In this document: positions 45,610 through 56,409 of the stretch, piece after piece
Numbering within the stretch: position 1 is the stretch's first letter
Layout of the letters: every line of letters begins with the position of its first letter
Virus record (IMG/VR): IMGVR_UViG_3300043395_000996
Coordinates: 1 to 64,000 of that record
Direction: 5' to 3' (one strand)
Length of the DNA stretch: 64,000 nucleotides
Source: a virus
The notes under the pieces: model-generated
Databases searched by the model: none
Told to the model about the DNA's origin: nothing
What the model saw: only the letters and a program-made list of their open reading frames with translations
Translations under genes and position numbers: made by a program

Positions 45610-46266
45610 TTATTTACCATTTAATATATGATATAAATATAAGAAAAAATATTCATGTCCCATTTTATTGAAATGTTTATCGGAATTATTTACCCAAAAT
45701 GATGGATTTTTTTCAATAAGTGATTCCATTATACTGAATTCATCATTATATTTAATAAAATTATTTTTAAATTTATTATATAAATGTTGTTCAAATTGAA
45801 ATATACTAAACTGATTCGTTTTGTCTTTATTGTAATTATCTATACACCATATGTAAAATTGTATATTTTTTGTTTTCAAATATTCACATATGAATTCTAT
45901 TTTTATAAAATCTTGTGCAATATATTCATCTAAATTCAATGCTTTATATTTAAAAAAATCCATTTCTATTTTTGAAAATCTAGTATCATATCCCAATGCA
46001 ACTGTGGTATTTTTGAAAACATCTAATACTCTATTAAAAAATCCGATTTCAAATATAACAATATCATTCGATTTTATACAATCATACTCTTTAAAGAATT
46101 TATTAATTATTTCACCATTACTAGCGCCAATCAAAGAATGATTTATTAAATTAAATTTTAATTTGTTTGATAATAATACAGGCCAACTATCATCTATTAA
46201 CACAGAATCATCCGTACTATAATTAGTTGACATTGAATCTCCAAAAATTATTAAATTATTTTCCAT
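45610..46266 (-). CDS. SGNH-like protein
   Basis: FGDSMS, N.SLIGASN, DKHFN..GH. Confidence 0.68.
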   Translation of the reverse strand: MENNLIIFGDSMSTNYSTDDSVLIDDSWPVLLSNKLKFNLINHSLIGASNGEIINKFFKEYDCIKSNDIVIFEIGFFNRVLDVFKNTTVALGYDTRFSKIEMDFFKYKALNLDEYIAQDFIKIEFICEYLKTKNIQFYIWCIDNYNKDKTNQFSIFQFEQHLYNKFKNNFIKYNDEFSIMESLIEKNPSFWVNNSDKHFNKMGHEYFFLYLYHILNGK

Positions 46267-47149
46267 TTATAAAATAATTAATTTCATTTTGCCAGTTTGA
46301 ATGGGCAATTTGCTTAAATTCTTCCTTTCTATCTTTAATTGATAAGAAACTTTTAATTGTTTCATTTGCTCTATTTTTATGATTCTCACCAACTATTAAA
46401 TTTTCTAAAATAAATTGTCTAACAACTTCACCTCTTTGTTTCATTATAGAACTACAAGCCATTACATAAGTATCTTCCAATCCATAATGTCCAAATGATT
46501 CCGGTACACCAACTCTATTTAGTAAATCTTTTGATATCAATGTAAACCAACCACCTGCGAATTTGAATTCATTTATTTCAGTAACATTGATTTGTTCTAA
46601 TTGTGGTAAACCTTCGTCATAGATATCACATTCTAAATGATAGTTTATTGGTTTATTTAAATAATTTTTATTAGTAACCACATCCCAAGTATTATCCCAC
46701 TGCTTTACAAATTGTGGAGTTACTACAAACATATCAATACCTTCTGATTTTAACATTTGATATGCCGATGTTGCATAATATAATGTGGTATCTTTAAATA
46801 CAATATCAGTATCTAACCAAATAAAGAAATCAGCATCTGGATTGTTTTGCAAACTATATCTTCTTTGAGAAACACATCCTAATATTTTAGATTCAGTTTC
46901 AATTCTTAATTCAAATTTACACCAATCTAAATATTTGTTACATAATTCACCACTTCTTTGCCATATATAATCTCTTGATAATGCTGATTTATTCCAATCG
47001 GTTAATTCATCCGATAAACACATAGTAATTTCTACTTTATATTCTATGGATTTATCTGTGAATGCCGAATTTCTTTTTAATTTTTCTAATGTTTGTGCCA
47101 AATCCTCAATCTCTTGTGGTAAAGCAAATATACTAATTATACCTTTCAT
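46256..47149 (-). CDS. GT-A fold glycosyltransferase-like protein
   Basis: FIWLDTD, AGGWFTL, YGLED. Confidence 0.68.
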   Translation of the reverse strand: MKGIISIFALPQEIEDLAQTLEKLKRNSAFTDKSIEYKVEITMCLSDELTDWNKSALSRDYIWQRSGELCNKYLDWCKFELRIETESKILGCVSQRRYSLQNNPDADFFIWLDTDIVFKDTTLYYATSAYQMLKSEGIDMFVVTPQFVKQWDNTWDVVTNKNYLNKPINYHLECDIYDEGLPQLEQINVTEINEFKFAGGWFTLISKDLLNRVGVPESFGHYGLEDTYVMACSSIMKQRGEVVRQFILENLIVGENHKNRANETIKSFLSIKDRKEEFKQIAHSNWQNEINYFINGK

Positions 47150-47918
47150 TAATATCGTTATTTATATCTTTATCTCTATCATATTGATGTACTATTGTAT
47201 AATCTCTTAAATCGTACTTTTCTAACGGATACGATGTGATTAAATTTGGATTAGTTAGCGTTCCAACTTGCAATGTCCATTTTGTTTCTAAACCTTCTAT
47301 TTGAATTTTATCTTTAACTAAACTATTATGTATGATGAAGTTAAATGAACTTTGGTCAGTATAGTGTTGTGTGTTGCCAGCTTGAGAAACTAAATAGTTT
47401 AATAATAATAATTCTAACATAGAATCATATTTACCTGCCAATACACCAACATTACAACTTACTTCTTCCTTATATCTATCTAAAAATAATTCATTGTATC
47501 CTTCTAATATGTTTTTCACGCCCCATGGCTCATTTTTATATAAAACATTTTCTGATGATACTAAAATTTCTTTCTTTAAGTTTTTTTCCAAATATTCAGA
47601 TGGATTTTTCTGAAATACTACATCTCTTACATCGGTTGTAATTACATAACGATATTGCTTATCCAATCCTTTTAGAGTTGCGTAAATATCAATCAATCGA
47701 TTCATATGTGGGTGTCCGTTTAACTGACCTTCCAATATTATCCAATTGTGATTAATCAAATAATTAATTGTTTCGGTTGAAATGTTGTAACAAATCATTA
47801 TCTTATCACCATCGAATCCACATTTATCTATGGATTCTACATACAATTTGATTTTATCTTCTGTATAGTTTGCTATTGCTGATATAATTACATCTTTCAT
47901 TTTCCGTATTTTTTCCAA
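47133..47918 (-). CDS. GT-A fold glycosyltransferase-like protein
   Basis: ITTDVRDVVFQ.NP, NVGVLAG, DQ..FN, HQYDR. Confidence 0.72.
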   Translation of the reverse strand: MEKIRKMKDVIISAIANYTEDKIKLYVESIDKCGFDGDKIMICYNISTETINYLINHNWIILEGQLNGHPHMNRLIDIYATLKGLDKQYRYVITTDVRDVVFQKNPSEYLEKNLKKEILVSSENVLYKNEPWGVKNILEGYNELFLDRYKEEVSCNVGVLAGKYDSMLELLLLNYLVSQAGNTQHYTDQSSFNFIIHNSLVKDKIQIEGLETKWTLQVGTLTNPNLITSYPLEKYDLRDYTIVHQYDRDKDINNDINERYN

Positions 47919-48634
47919 TCGTTGTGTTTAAATAAACCTTCACCATGTGCTACTCCATAATTTTGTTGTGCCCACCATTTACTGATATTTCCTTCTAATC
48001 CAATACCTTCGCCTGCAAATGGTTTAACTATATCTAAATAAAATTGTTTTCTATATAAACAGGGATTGTTTGTCCAATTACCATATCTAGAACTTGCTAA
48101 AAAATATTCACCAAATTTTTCTATTTGCTCTGGGAAAGATTCTTTAGGATTACACCAATGAACAGAATCCAAAAGATGTGGCGATGTACATTCTATTTCA
48201 TCATCGTAATATTCTAATTCTCTACCTTGATACTTAAATGAAAAATGAGGATGACCTGGTTCTCTCCTATGTCTATATCTAACTACATCTACACTACCAT
48301 TCAATAATTCTATGCCCGATTGTAATCGTTCATAGGTGGTTTCTTTATCTTCAATTAGATTCCAATCATGCTCTAATACCAATACATAATCAGATTGTGC
48401 ATTTTCGGTTAATCGAATGAATCCTTGCCCAATGCCTATATTTTTAGATTCTCCAATAAAATCTAAATTAAAGTGCTTTGCTATCTCATAATCTTGGTGT
48501 GAGAATTCCTGAAATAGAATTGTAGTATCATTGACCATATCAAACAACCCATTGTTGTGATATGTTTCTAATGTATCTACCAATACCTGTCCACTATTCC
48601 ATGCAAGTATTCCAATACTAATTGGTAGTTTCAT
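47897..48634 (-). CDS. Glycosyltransferase family 2-like
   Basis: N.GIGQG, YVLVLEHDW, WTNNP.LYR. Confidence 0.7.
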   Translation of the reverse strand: MKLPISIGILAWNSGQVLVDTLETYHNNGLFDMVNDTTILFQEFSHQDYEIAKHFNLDFIGESKNIGIGQGFIRLTENAQSDYVLVLEHDWNLIEDKETTYERLQSGIELLNGSVDVVRYRHRREPGHPHFSFKYQGRELEYYDDEIECTSPHLLDSVHWCNPKESFPEQIEKFGEYFLASSRYGNWTNNPCLYRKQFYLDIVKPFAGEGIGLEGNISKWWAQQNYGVAHGEGLFKHNDWKKYGK

Positions 48635-48797
48635 CTTTTATAATTTGAATTAATTTGTTTATATCTTCGGATGCATAGTAAGTTGTATCATTTCTATGAA
48701 TCCCATCGAAAAATCTATTGTATTCGCTTCTATTAATTGCATACCATAGTTTTTCAAAATCATTGTACCAAAAAAGCCAATCGTAAAGTGCGTCCAT
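48618..48797 (-). CDS. 59-aa hypothetical protein (MDALYDWLFWYN...)
   Basis: Fills the gap in the GT operon; below ORF-track cutoff. Confidence 0.55.
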   Translation of the reverse strand: MDALYDWLFWYNDFEKLWYAINRSEYNRFFDGIHRNDTTYYASEDINKLIQIIKDETTN

Positions 48798-48801
48798 TTT
48801 G

Positions 48802-49671
48802 TTATTTTTTAAAGTTATTAAATACTTCTATCAATCCATCCACTCGTTGCTTTTGTGTATGATTTGCCACAACTTTTAACATACCATTATATGCAATTCT
48901 TTCTCTCTCGTTTTCGTTTTCATTGTAATAGTTCATTTTTTCTATACAATCAAACATATCATCATAATAAACTATATCTTCACCATCTATAAACAAATCT
49001 CTTAACCCCGTCTCCGGTGGTAGATTATCTGTTAAAACCATTTTACCACAAGCCATTCCTTCGAAAATTCTACGAGTGATTTCTTTCCATCTACTATTCT
49101 GAACTACCATCAATCCACTATTTAAAAATTCAGTATGCTCTTTTGCGTTCATACCATTTTGATTACCAACAGCTCCTTCTGCCCAATTTGTAAGATAATC
49201 TAAAAATTCAGAACCACCTCTGCCTCTACTCGTAACTGCTACATACTTTGCTTCTAAATTCATTGGAAACTGAACTGCTGTGTCTGCCCAATGCGGTATC
49301 CAATCACAATTGATTCCCATACTCTTATACTTTTCGGCAGATTGCTTATCGGGTGTTATTGTATAATGAAATCTATTTGCTTTTGGAGAATTCCTATGAA
49401 AGTTTTGTGGGTCATCTCCACTTTCTTGTATCCAAAATGAATTTGGTTTATGTGCTTTATCTAACAATGGTGAATCAAATCTACCCCAATCCATAAAAAT
49501 TATAATATCAGGCTCTTCGTTTGATTCTATAAATTTTTTCAATTCAGAATCGCCATTTGCTATTGATACAATATTAACATCCCACTCTCTCACAATAAAT
49601 TCATTAACCAAAGACATTGGCGTTGACCAACTTTCGTTTGGTTTATAATCATATATAAAGGTTACTTTCAT
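48802..49671 (-). CDS. GT-B glycosyltransferase (CgeB/Glyco_trans_1_2-like)
   Basis: TRRIFEGMACG...LTD, LF.DGEDIVYY, RERIA..G. Confidence 0.8.
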   Translation of the reverse strand: MKVTFIYDYKPNESWSTPMSLVNEFIVREWDVNIVSIANGDSELKKFIESNEEPDIIIFMDWGRFDSPLLDKAHKPNSFWIQESGDDPQNFHRNSPKANRFHYTITPDKQSAEKYKSMGINCDWIPHWADTAVQFPMNLEAKYVAVTSRGRGGSEFLDYLTNWAEGAVGNQNGMNAKEHTEFLNSGLMVVQNSRWKEITRRIFEGMACGKMVLTDNLPPETGLRDLFIDGEDIVYYDDMFDCIEKMNYYNENENERERIAYNGMLKVVANHTQKQRVDGLIEVFNNFKK

Positions 49672-50330
49672 ATTATATAATCTTCTTTTTTAAATTCAAT
49701 TTCATATAAGTTTTTTTGAGAAACGTTATATGCGGAATATGGTTTCCAATTATCTCCCGATGAAATAAGCTTTTCAGCGTTAAATCTATTTTTCTTTTTG
49801 AAATTATTATACTTTATGGTTTTTATGTAATCAGCTTTTGACCACCAAAAATTGCCTGAATATATAATTCCAAATCCACTCACATTTTGATAAAATACAC
49901 CATATGTATTATAATCGGTTTTATCAAAAATATCAAAAACATTTTCAACTCGTTCTATGTTATAGAAATTCATAACATTTCTCCAAGTCTTTATGTTATT
50001 TATTTTGGAATCATCTTTTTTAGATGCTCCTTTAGTGTGAAGATACAAAATATAATCAGAATTTCCAAATTTATTGATATCTTTTTCAATTAAATCCAAT
50101 GTAACAAATTCGTTATCATTTGCTCTAATATCTCTAATACGATAATTTGGTTTATCAAATGTATAAAATCTATCAATTATATTTGATGTTGATGTATTAT
50201 CATTAGCAATAGAAATCCCCACATTTAAAATGTAGGGAAATTTGAAGTTATCTTCTATTAATTTTATTTGTTCATCTATGATATCTTCAACACCTTCTAT
50301 GGAATATATGTGATAATATATGTGAATCAT
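49668..50330 (-). CDS. Glycosyltransferase-associated hypothetical protein
   Basis: HIYYHI, NEFVTL, YLHTKG, YSGNFWW motifs. Confidence 0.65.
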   Translation of the reverse strand: MIHIYYHIYSIEGVEDIIDEQIKLIEDNFKFPYILNVGISIANDNTSTSNIIDRFYTFDKPNYRIRDIRANDNEFVTLDLIEKDINKFGNSDYILYLHTKGASKKDDSKINNIKTWRNVMNFYNIERVENVFDIFDKTDYNTYGVFYQNVSGFGIIYSGNFWWSKADYIKTIKYNNFKKKNRFNAEKLISSGDNWKPYSAYNVSQKNLYEIEFKKEDYII

Positions 50331-50953
50331 TATAATGTATCGTAATAGTTATTTTGCTTTTCTTGTCTTTCAATTCCTTTTGGATGTTTGATACAATAAA
50401 TTTCATCCATTGGAAAATTTGTATATGATTGGAATCCACTAATTCTTTCGTGAACTTTACCACTCCAACCAATCTTATCTGAATTTTTGTAAATACGAGT
50501 CTGAACATCTGGGAAGTTTATCCAACCTCTTTCATTAACCTTCCATCCCCATTTTTGAATATGTGCTTCGGTTAATCCTTCAACTGTATTAATACGAGGA
50601 ACTAATATAAGGTCTTTATCAGTATTAGCTTCTAAAAGAGCTTCCATATTTACAATTAAATCCGGCATAAGATATTCATCGGCATCTAATTGAAAAATCC
50701 ATTCACCTTTACATTGTGAGTTTAACAGGTTTTTCCATTGTGCAAAATCATTATCGAATTCCGATTCAATCAATGTAATGTGGTCTGCATTAGCTTGAAG
50801 TTCTAAATACTCTATCAATTCGGTAGGAGCTTTTGGAGTATCCAATAAAACTACGATTTCTGAATTTTCTTCTTTGTAGTTTAATAATTGATTTACCAAT
50901 CGAATCGTTTCTTCGACTTCATTACAAGCCGTTATTGCGTAGCTTAATTTCAT
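50330..50953 (-). CDS. Glycosyltransferase family 2
   Basis: ITACNE, WIFQLDADE, VPRIN, PD.Q.RIY, VHE. Confidence 0.85.
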   Translation of the reverse strand: MKLSYAITACNEVEETIRLVNQLLNYKEENSEIVVLLDTPKAPTELIEYLELQANADHITLIESEFDNDFAQWKNLLNSQCKGEWIFQLDADEYLMPDLIVNMEALLEANTDKDLILVPRINTVEGLTEAHIQKWGWKVNERGWINFPDVQTRIYKNSDKIGWSGKVHERISGFQSYTNFPMDEIYCIKHPKGIERQEKQNNYYDTL

Positions 50954-51785
50954 CTATATAACTTTTTAATTTATCAGTTGGTTGCCATCCTAATCTTTCG
51001 ATGGCATCGTTATTAATTCTTAATGTTTCTCTATAATTGCCCTTCACATCATCTACATATTGTATAGGATGTGGTGCAAACATTCCCGCAACTTCATTTA
51101 GGGAATAATTTTTGCCAGTTCCTAATTCCCACGCATCTTCATGCTTTTCATCGCTTTCAGCTATTCTGATTAATCCATCTACAATATCATCTATGTGAGT
51201 AAAATCTCTTCTTTGTTTACCATCTCCGTGAATTTTGATAGGAGTACCATTTTTTACAGCTGCTCTCCACAATCCAATTACAGCGGCCATATGCGAATCA
51301 ACCAATTCTCCTTCACCATATACATTGTAAAATCTAACTATCTCCGCATTTAATCCATAAACATTTTTATACATTTTTATCCATTCTTCACCCATATGTT
51401 TACTCATAGCGTATGGTGATAACATTGGATTATGATGACGAGATGATGAACCGGCGTAAATCAATTTACAATTGTTTTTATAAGCGTATTCAACCACCTG
51501 TCTAGTACCATTTACATTAACTGAATATGTTAATTCAGGTCTTTTGAAAGATGGTTGTATTCTACTTAATGCTGCTAAATGGAATATGTAATCATAATCT
51601 TTATTTTTAATATTATCTATTCCTCTAACATCTCCACCCAAAAAATTAACAAATGGGTGAACTTTAGCTTCTTTACCAATGAATAGGTTATCTATAACAT
51701 CGATATCATAATTTTTTTTAAGTAATGCTTTAGATAGTGCATATCCTACGAATCCTGCTCCACCTGTAACTAATACTCTCTTCAT
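50922..51785 (-). CDS. NAD-dependent sugar epimerase/dehydratase
   Basis: VTGGAGFVG, YAMSK (YxxxK), RFYNVYG, RDFTHIDD. Confidence 0.92.
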   Translation of the reverse strand: MKRVLVTGGAGFVGYALSKALLKKNYDIDVIDNLFIGKEAKVHPFVNFLGGDVRGIDNIKNKDYDYIFHLAALSRIQPSFKRPELTYSVNVNGTRQVVEYAYKNNCKLIYAGSSSRHHNPMLSPYAMSKHMGEEWIKMYKNVYGLNAEIVRFYNVYGEGELVDSHMAAVIGLWRAAVKNGTPIKIHGDGKQRRDFTHIDDIVDGLIRIAESDEKHEDAWELGTGKNYSLNEVAGMFAPHPIQYVDDVKGNYRETLRINNDAIERLGWQPTDKLKSYIDEIKLRNNGL

Positions 51786-52180
51786 TAATCTTCGTTATGA
51801 TGTTTTACAATTTCATCCTCACCGCCGGTTGTATATGGTGGTCTATATGTGCTATTTGTATAGTGCCAACTACCACTCATTACATTTGCATATGATGTTG
51901 TGCTTGAATCAAATAACAAAGACTTTCCGCTAGTTCCAACTGCTGAACCACTACCACAAGTTATTTTGTATGGATTATCCATTGGGTTAGGATAATGAGG
52001 CCATTGCCAATTTGGAGTTGTATTAGGGATTCCTATGCCTGGTCCAATTGGTGTACCAATTAAATCATTTACTTCTGCCAATTTATCTTTTAGTGCATCC
52101 CATTGTTTTGGTGTGGGTGCGTATTCGTGGCAGGCTTCTACAAAACCTTTAAGCCATATAACATATTCTTTTGAAGTCAT
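51785..52180 (-). CDS. Hypothetical protein
   Basis: MT..EYV.WLKGF, PTPKQW..LK..L N-terminus. Confidence 0.7.
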   Translation of the reverse strand: MTSKEYVIWLKGFVEACHEYAPTPKQWDALKDKLAEVNDLIGTPIGPGIGIPNTTPNWQWPHYPNPMDNPYKITCGSGSAVGTSGKSLLFDSSTTSYANVMSGSWHYTNSTYRPPYTTGGEDEIVKHHNED

Positions 52181-52182
52181 AA

Positions 52183-52614
52183 TTATTTTTGTTTAGGAGT
52201 TATTTGAGTTTCATCCATCTCCAATGCTATTATTCTACCAAATCCACTTAATTTATAAGTTCTATAAGCATCGTTTTTTATAATAGGTACTGATGAAACT
52301 ACTTTTGAATAAAAATTCTTTGCTCCACCTTTTAATTCAATAGAGCCATCATCTTCATTTGTAAATTTTCCAAAAAATCTCTTAATCAATTGGGGATGTA
52401 TCGTTGAAACTTTTATAGCATGAACTATATCTTTTGCTCTCGATACAAACAATGTATAAATTATAGGAGAATTATTCATTGGATAATTTCCTTTAGTTCC
52501 ATCCACATATTCATATTCTCTTATCAAATAAAATCTACCCCTTTGCATTTTAGCCGGGGTAGATATTTTTGATTCATCTATAAATCTACGATATAGTGGA
52601 TTATAGTTACTCAT
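52183..52614 (-). CDS. Hypothetical protein (possibly T4 gp2 DNA-end-protector-like)
   Basis: GRFY...YEY..., P.I..LF, AYRTYKL..; weak. Confidence 0.45.
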   Translation of the reverse strand: MSNYNPLYRRFIDESKISTPAKMQRGRFYLIREYEYVDGTKGNYPMNNSPIIYTLFVSRAKDIVHAIKVSTIHPQLIKRFFGKFTNEDDGSIELKGGAKNFYSKVVSSVPIIKNDAYRTYKLSGFGRIIALEMDETQITPKQK

Positions 52615-53882
52615 TATTTATTTAACATTTTCAATTTAGGTAACTGAAGTTGTTGAAACTTTGGTTGTATCTTATCATAAATACCATAATGATTTAAAAT
52701 CACATCAAACGCTTTGGTCATTTTTTCTAAACTAAAGTTTTGTTTGTTTTGCTTTCCTAATTGAAATGCTTCTGCTTTGTATTTATCATAATTTTTATAA
52801 ACATCTTTAATAGTTTGCAATGCTTTTGTAATGTTTACATTGAACCATTGTGATTCTTTTAATAAGAATTGGTCTGCTGCCGATTCGTGTACATTTTTCA
52901 ATTCACCTTCCAACAATACTGCTCCACTCTTTAAGAAGTCCAAATGCCCACTCCAATTAGAAACAATTACAGGTTTACCTGTCAAACTGAATTCTAATAA
53001 AGGTCTACCAAAACCTTCACCTTTTGTAAAATTTAACATTGCTTTTACTTTCGGATGTTCGTATAATCCATTCATTTGTGATGGAGTTAAATCGCCATGT
53101 AATAAATAAACGGGCACCTTACCATAATCAGCTCCTAAACATTGTCTGATTCTCGATACCATTGCTTCTCTATCCAAAACACTAAATGCTGCTGATGATG
53201 TTTTTAAAATCAATGCTGGCTTTTTCTTTTCATCTTTGAAAGCCATTGCATATGTTTTAATCATACTTCCAATGTTCTTTCTATCTTCTCCCAAATTACC
53301 CTTTAACCAATGCCCTACAAATAAGAAAGCAAAATCTTCTTTAATTTCATCTAATTCTGAAATGTTAGCAACTACATCAGTTCCAAAATCATTTTCATCA
53401 AATCCTTCAAACAAAACCTCAACAGGTTTTTGAATACGATATTGGCGAACTATTTGTTTAGTATTATTATCTTGCTCATTATAAACAGTATCAACTAAAG
53501 TTTTTTTAGCGTGCTCCGATGGAACGATTAACAAATCCATTCTATTACATCCGTGAATCCAATCCAATGCACAATGTGTTGTTTCAATACCAGCCGTAAT
53601 ACCAATATTATAAAATCCTAAAGGTTGGAATTCGTTTGGAACTGTAATCTGAATGTAAATATCCGGCTTATCGGCTACATTTGGAATGATGCTATCAATA
53701 ATCCATTTATGAAATTCATTATCATAATTCAGTGCATCCATTGGAGTAGAACCCCAACGAGTACTGATTACTTTAATATCGAATTTATCTAATTTATATA
53801 AGGAATGCAACAAATCTCTAGCGTGGTCGCCATACCCACTTCTCGTTGCTACTGGCGCTTGAAATACTAATGTTGGTTTCAT
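52614..53882 (-). CDS. GT-B glycosyltransferase (GT4-like)
   Basis: SGYG.HARD, FLFVGHW..G, TKGEGFGRP.LE...GKPVI..NWSGH.DF. Confidence 0.88.
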   Translation of the reverse strand: MKPTLVFQAPVATRSGYGDHARDLLHSLYKLDKFDIKVISTRWGSTPMDALNYDNEFHKWIIDSIIPNVADKPDIYIQITVPNEFQPLGFYNIGITAGIETTHCALDWIHGCNRMDLLIVPSEHAKKTLVDTVYNEQDNNTKQIVRQYRIQKPVEVLFEGFDENDFGTDVVANISELDEIKEDFAFLFVGHWLKGNLGEDRKNIGSMIKTYAMAFKDEKKKPALILKTSSAAFSVLDREAMVSRIRQCLGADYGKVPVYLLHGDLTPSQMNGLYEHPKVKAMLNFTKGEGFGRPLLEFSLTGKPVIVSNWSGHLDFLKSGAVLLEGELKNVHESAADQFLLKESQWFNVNITKALQTIKDVYKNYDKYKAEAFQLGKQNKQNFSLEKMTKAFDVILNHYGIYDKIQPKFQQLQLPKLKMLNK

Positions 53883-55261
53883 ATTGTAACTAATTGATAT
53901 TTTTTACGTGGTTTCCAATTTTCTAATGCCGTTTCCATACCATCAACCAAAGATTGACACATATACTCTCTACTTAAATTTCCTTCTCCTAACATCCATT
54001 CTCTACCCTTTAATCCGGCTTTTTTTCTATCTTCTTTTGGAGTTTGATACCAATCCATAATCAATGGTGCTAAATCAATGAAATCAATTCTATCATCAAA
54101 AATATATGGTGTAGGAACTGAACCCGTTGTTGAACGAACTGGCCAAATTGGTTTAACCCAATCTCCCCATACTACACCCGCTTTTCTATGTCTATCGTGT
54201 AATGAACCAATCTCTACATAATCTTCTGCGGTTGCTAATTTGCCCGTAGCTATATCTCTAAAACCACATTGGTCTTGTAATCCACCCGTTACGTTTACGA
54301 TAATCGGCGTTCCTGCCATTACTGATTCGGCAGTTGCTAATCCAAATCCTTCGTTGGATGCTACATTGATTGTAACATCAGCCATATTGTAAAGATAGTT
54401 TAATTGCTCTTCTGAATATTTGTTATCAGCGAAAATTACATTTGTATATTTTTCACAACAATCTTCTATCATTTTAGGTAAATCAGTACCATGCTCTTCA
54501 ACCGGATTAGTGTGCATTAATAAACATACTTTATCTCTTTTCTCCGGTGCCAAATTTTTAACAAACTCATTGAATGCTAAAATCACATCCATTGGTTGCT
54601 TTCTTCTGATATTACGATTTGACCAATATAGAACAAATTCATAATCCTTTTTACCAAAAATAGATTCTTTGAAATCGGTAGGAACATCTACGGGTTTGTA
54701 TAATTCACCATTAATACCATGCGGTACATAGCTTACTTGCCAATCTTTAGCAGAGTTCCAATGCTTTTCGGCTTGAGAGCCATACACTCTTTTAGTGATT
54801 CCGTAAGTTTGCTTTGAAATACATCCAATCCAATCACAGCTTTCGTAGTAGTTTCTATTATATTTTGGGTCTGGCAAATCATCCCAAATGTGATAAAAGA
54901 ATAAAGGAACTGATTGACGAATCTCATGCTCAATCTCATATAACCAAATCCAATATCTTGGGTCAGTAAAGTGTAAGATTGCATCTGGCTTTTCTAACAT
55001 CAATAATTGTCTAATGATATCAGCGTTACCATATCCATCGGTTGGATAAATTTTAACATTGGCATCTGCTACGCCTGTTTGTTCTCTAACACTTTGATTT
55101 AAATCAAAGATTTTGCCTCTATCCGGATGTTTGATTGCTGCTCCCAATTGTACCCAATCGTATTTATCCACTGTACCTAATACCAATTGTTTAGATACGT
55201 TGGCAATACCACTAGTCATACGAAGGTCATCCGAAAGTAATAGGATTTTCTTTTTTGCCAT
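53879..55261 (-). CDS. GT-B glycosyltransferase (GT4-like)
   Basis: LLSDD.R..SG.A, NRNIRRKQ, ASNEGFGL..AE..MAGTPII..TGGLQDQ. Confidence 0.88.
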   Translation of the reverse strand: MAKKKILLLSDDLRMTSGIANVSKQLVLGTVDKYDWVQLGAAIKHPDRGKIFDLNQSVREQTGVADANVKIYPTDGYGNADIIRQLLMLEKPDAILHFTDPRYWIWLYEIEHEIRQSVPLFFYHIWDDLPDPKYNRNYYESCDWIGCISKQTYGITKRVYGSQAEKHWNSAKDWQVSYVPHGINGELYKPVDVPTDFKESIFGKKDYEFVLYWSNRNIRRKQPMDVILAFNEFVKNLAPEKRDKVCLLMHTNPVEEHGTDLPKMIEDCCEKYTNVIFADNKYSEEQLNYLYNMADVTINVASNEGFGLATAESVMAGTPIIVNVTGGLQDQCGFRDIATGKLATAEDYVEIGSLHDRHRKAGVVWGDWVKPIWPVRSTTGSVPTPYIFDDRIDFIDLAPLIMDWYQTPKEDRKKAGLKGREWMLGEGNLSREYMCQSLVDGMETALENWKPRKKYQLVTI

Positions 55262-55276
55262 AACTTTTTGTTGTTC

Positions 55277-55474
55277 TTAAAATTGTGAACCACTTACTTG
55301 TAACGTAGTGTATTCGTTTAATTGTTTTCTAAATTGTTCGTTTTTAGTGTAAAGGTCTAAAGTTCTATTAACAAGTCTTTGAAAGTTCAATCCACCCTGA
55401 ATTGTAGATATTTTGAAATCCTCATCATATAACTTTTTTATAACCTTAACCGTAGTTAATTTTAAATCTGCCAT
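55277..55474 (-). CDS. Small ribbon-helix-helix-like protein
   Basis: LTTVKV...LY..FK......NFQRLVNR.LDLY pattern. Confidence 0.55.
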   Translation of the reverse strand: MADLKLTTVKVIKKLYDEDFKISTIQGGLNFQRLVNRTLDLYTKNEQFRKQLNEYTTLQVSGSQF

Positions 55475-55512
55475 AGTTAATTATATTTGTATATACATAT
55501 ATATACAAAAAA

Positions 55513-56373
55513 TTATTTTCCATCACAATGTGTTCCAAAAAATTCACACCATTTGCATAAAGTGGATGGTTTCTTATAATACTCAATATCGGTTTTATAA
55601 TTTCCATTCTCATCAAATACTTCATTTACAAATGATAAAAACCCATTCCATGCTTTATTAACGGATGGTTTACCATTGGCAGGTATATGCTTACTAATGC
55701 GAGGAATTACAAAATCTGCGTTTTCGGAAACTTTTCTTTTTAAAATAATAAATTCTACCTCAATCATATCTTCCGATATGTTTAACATTTGTGCGTAGAA
55801 TTTTTTGTATAAAAGAATTTGTGCATTTTTAACCGGGTCGGATTTCTGATATTTACTCCAACCTTTAGTTGATGTTTTGAAATCTATAATACGATATCTA
55901 CCCGTTTTTTTATTTCTAACGATGAAGTCAATAAATCCTAAAAAGTTTACATTATCGGTAATCTTTGTATTGATTGGTTGTTCGATTGCAACCAACTCAT
56001 CATCTTTAAGAGAAAAGAAATTGTTAAAATTCTTTGGCTTTTGAAAGTAATCTAATATCGTATTACCATCTTCCAAAAATTCTACCATCTCTTCTTTTGT
56101 AGAAATATGTTTTTGATGTTGTTCGAATTCTTTTAGATAAATGTCCTTCATTTTGTTTTTCAACATATCTTTCAAATCCATTAGCTTATCAGCTTGTGAT
56201 TTTGAAATGCGAAGGCATTTATCTAAATATTCTTGTAAGGTTTCATGCATTGCAGTTCCGAAAACTGAATGTATGTTTGAAGATGATTCTCTTAAATCAT
56301 CTATATAAGATAGTTTATATTGTTGTGGGCAACTGCTCCACATACTATATTGTGAAAATGATACTCTAGCCAT
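55513..56373 (-). CDS. PD-(D/E)XK nuclease (RecB/Cas4-like exonuclease)
   Basis: SFSQYS.W..CP, GTAMHE, GFIDF...IIDFKTS, QI..Y, C.WC.F...C. Confidence 0.88.
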   Translation of the reverse strand: MARVSFSQYSMWSSCPQQYKLSYIDDLRESSSNIHSVFGTAMHETLQEYLDKCLRISKSQADKLMDLKDMLKNKMKDIYLKEFEQHQKHISTKEEMVEFLEDGNTILDYFQKPKNFNNFFSLKDDELVAIEQPINTKITDNVNFLGFIDFIVRNKKTGRYRIIDFKTSTKGWSKYQKSDPVKNAQILLYKKFYAQMLNISEDMIEVEFIILKRKVSENADFVIPRISKHIPANGKPSVNKAWNGFLSFVNEVFDENGNYKTDIEYYKKPSTLCKWCEFFGTHCDGK

Positions 56374-56377
56374 ATAA

Positions 56378-56409
56378 CAAATATACTCAATTTATTCGTA
56401 TTTTCCAAA
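56378..56409 (-). promoter_or_regulatory. Bacteroidota-type promoter
   Basis: TTTG-N20-TATATTTG. Confidence 0.75.

Noticed and set aside
55513-56373. Cas4 as part of a CRISPR-Cas system
   Set aside because: There are no other cas genes or arrays; this is a stand-alone replication/recombination exonuclease typical of large phages.
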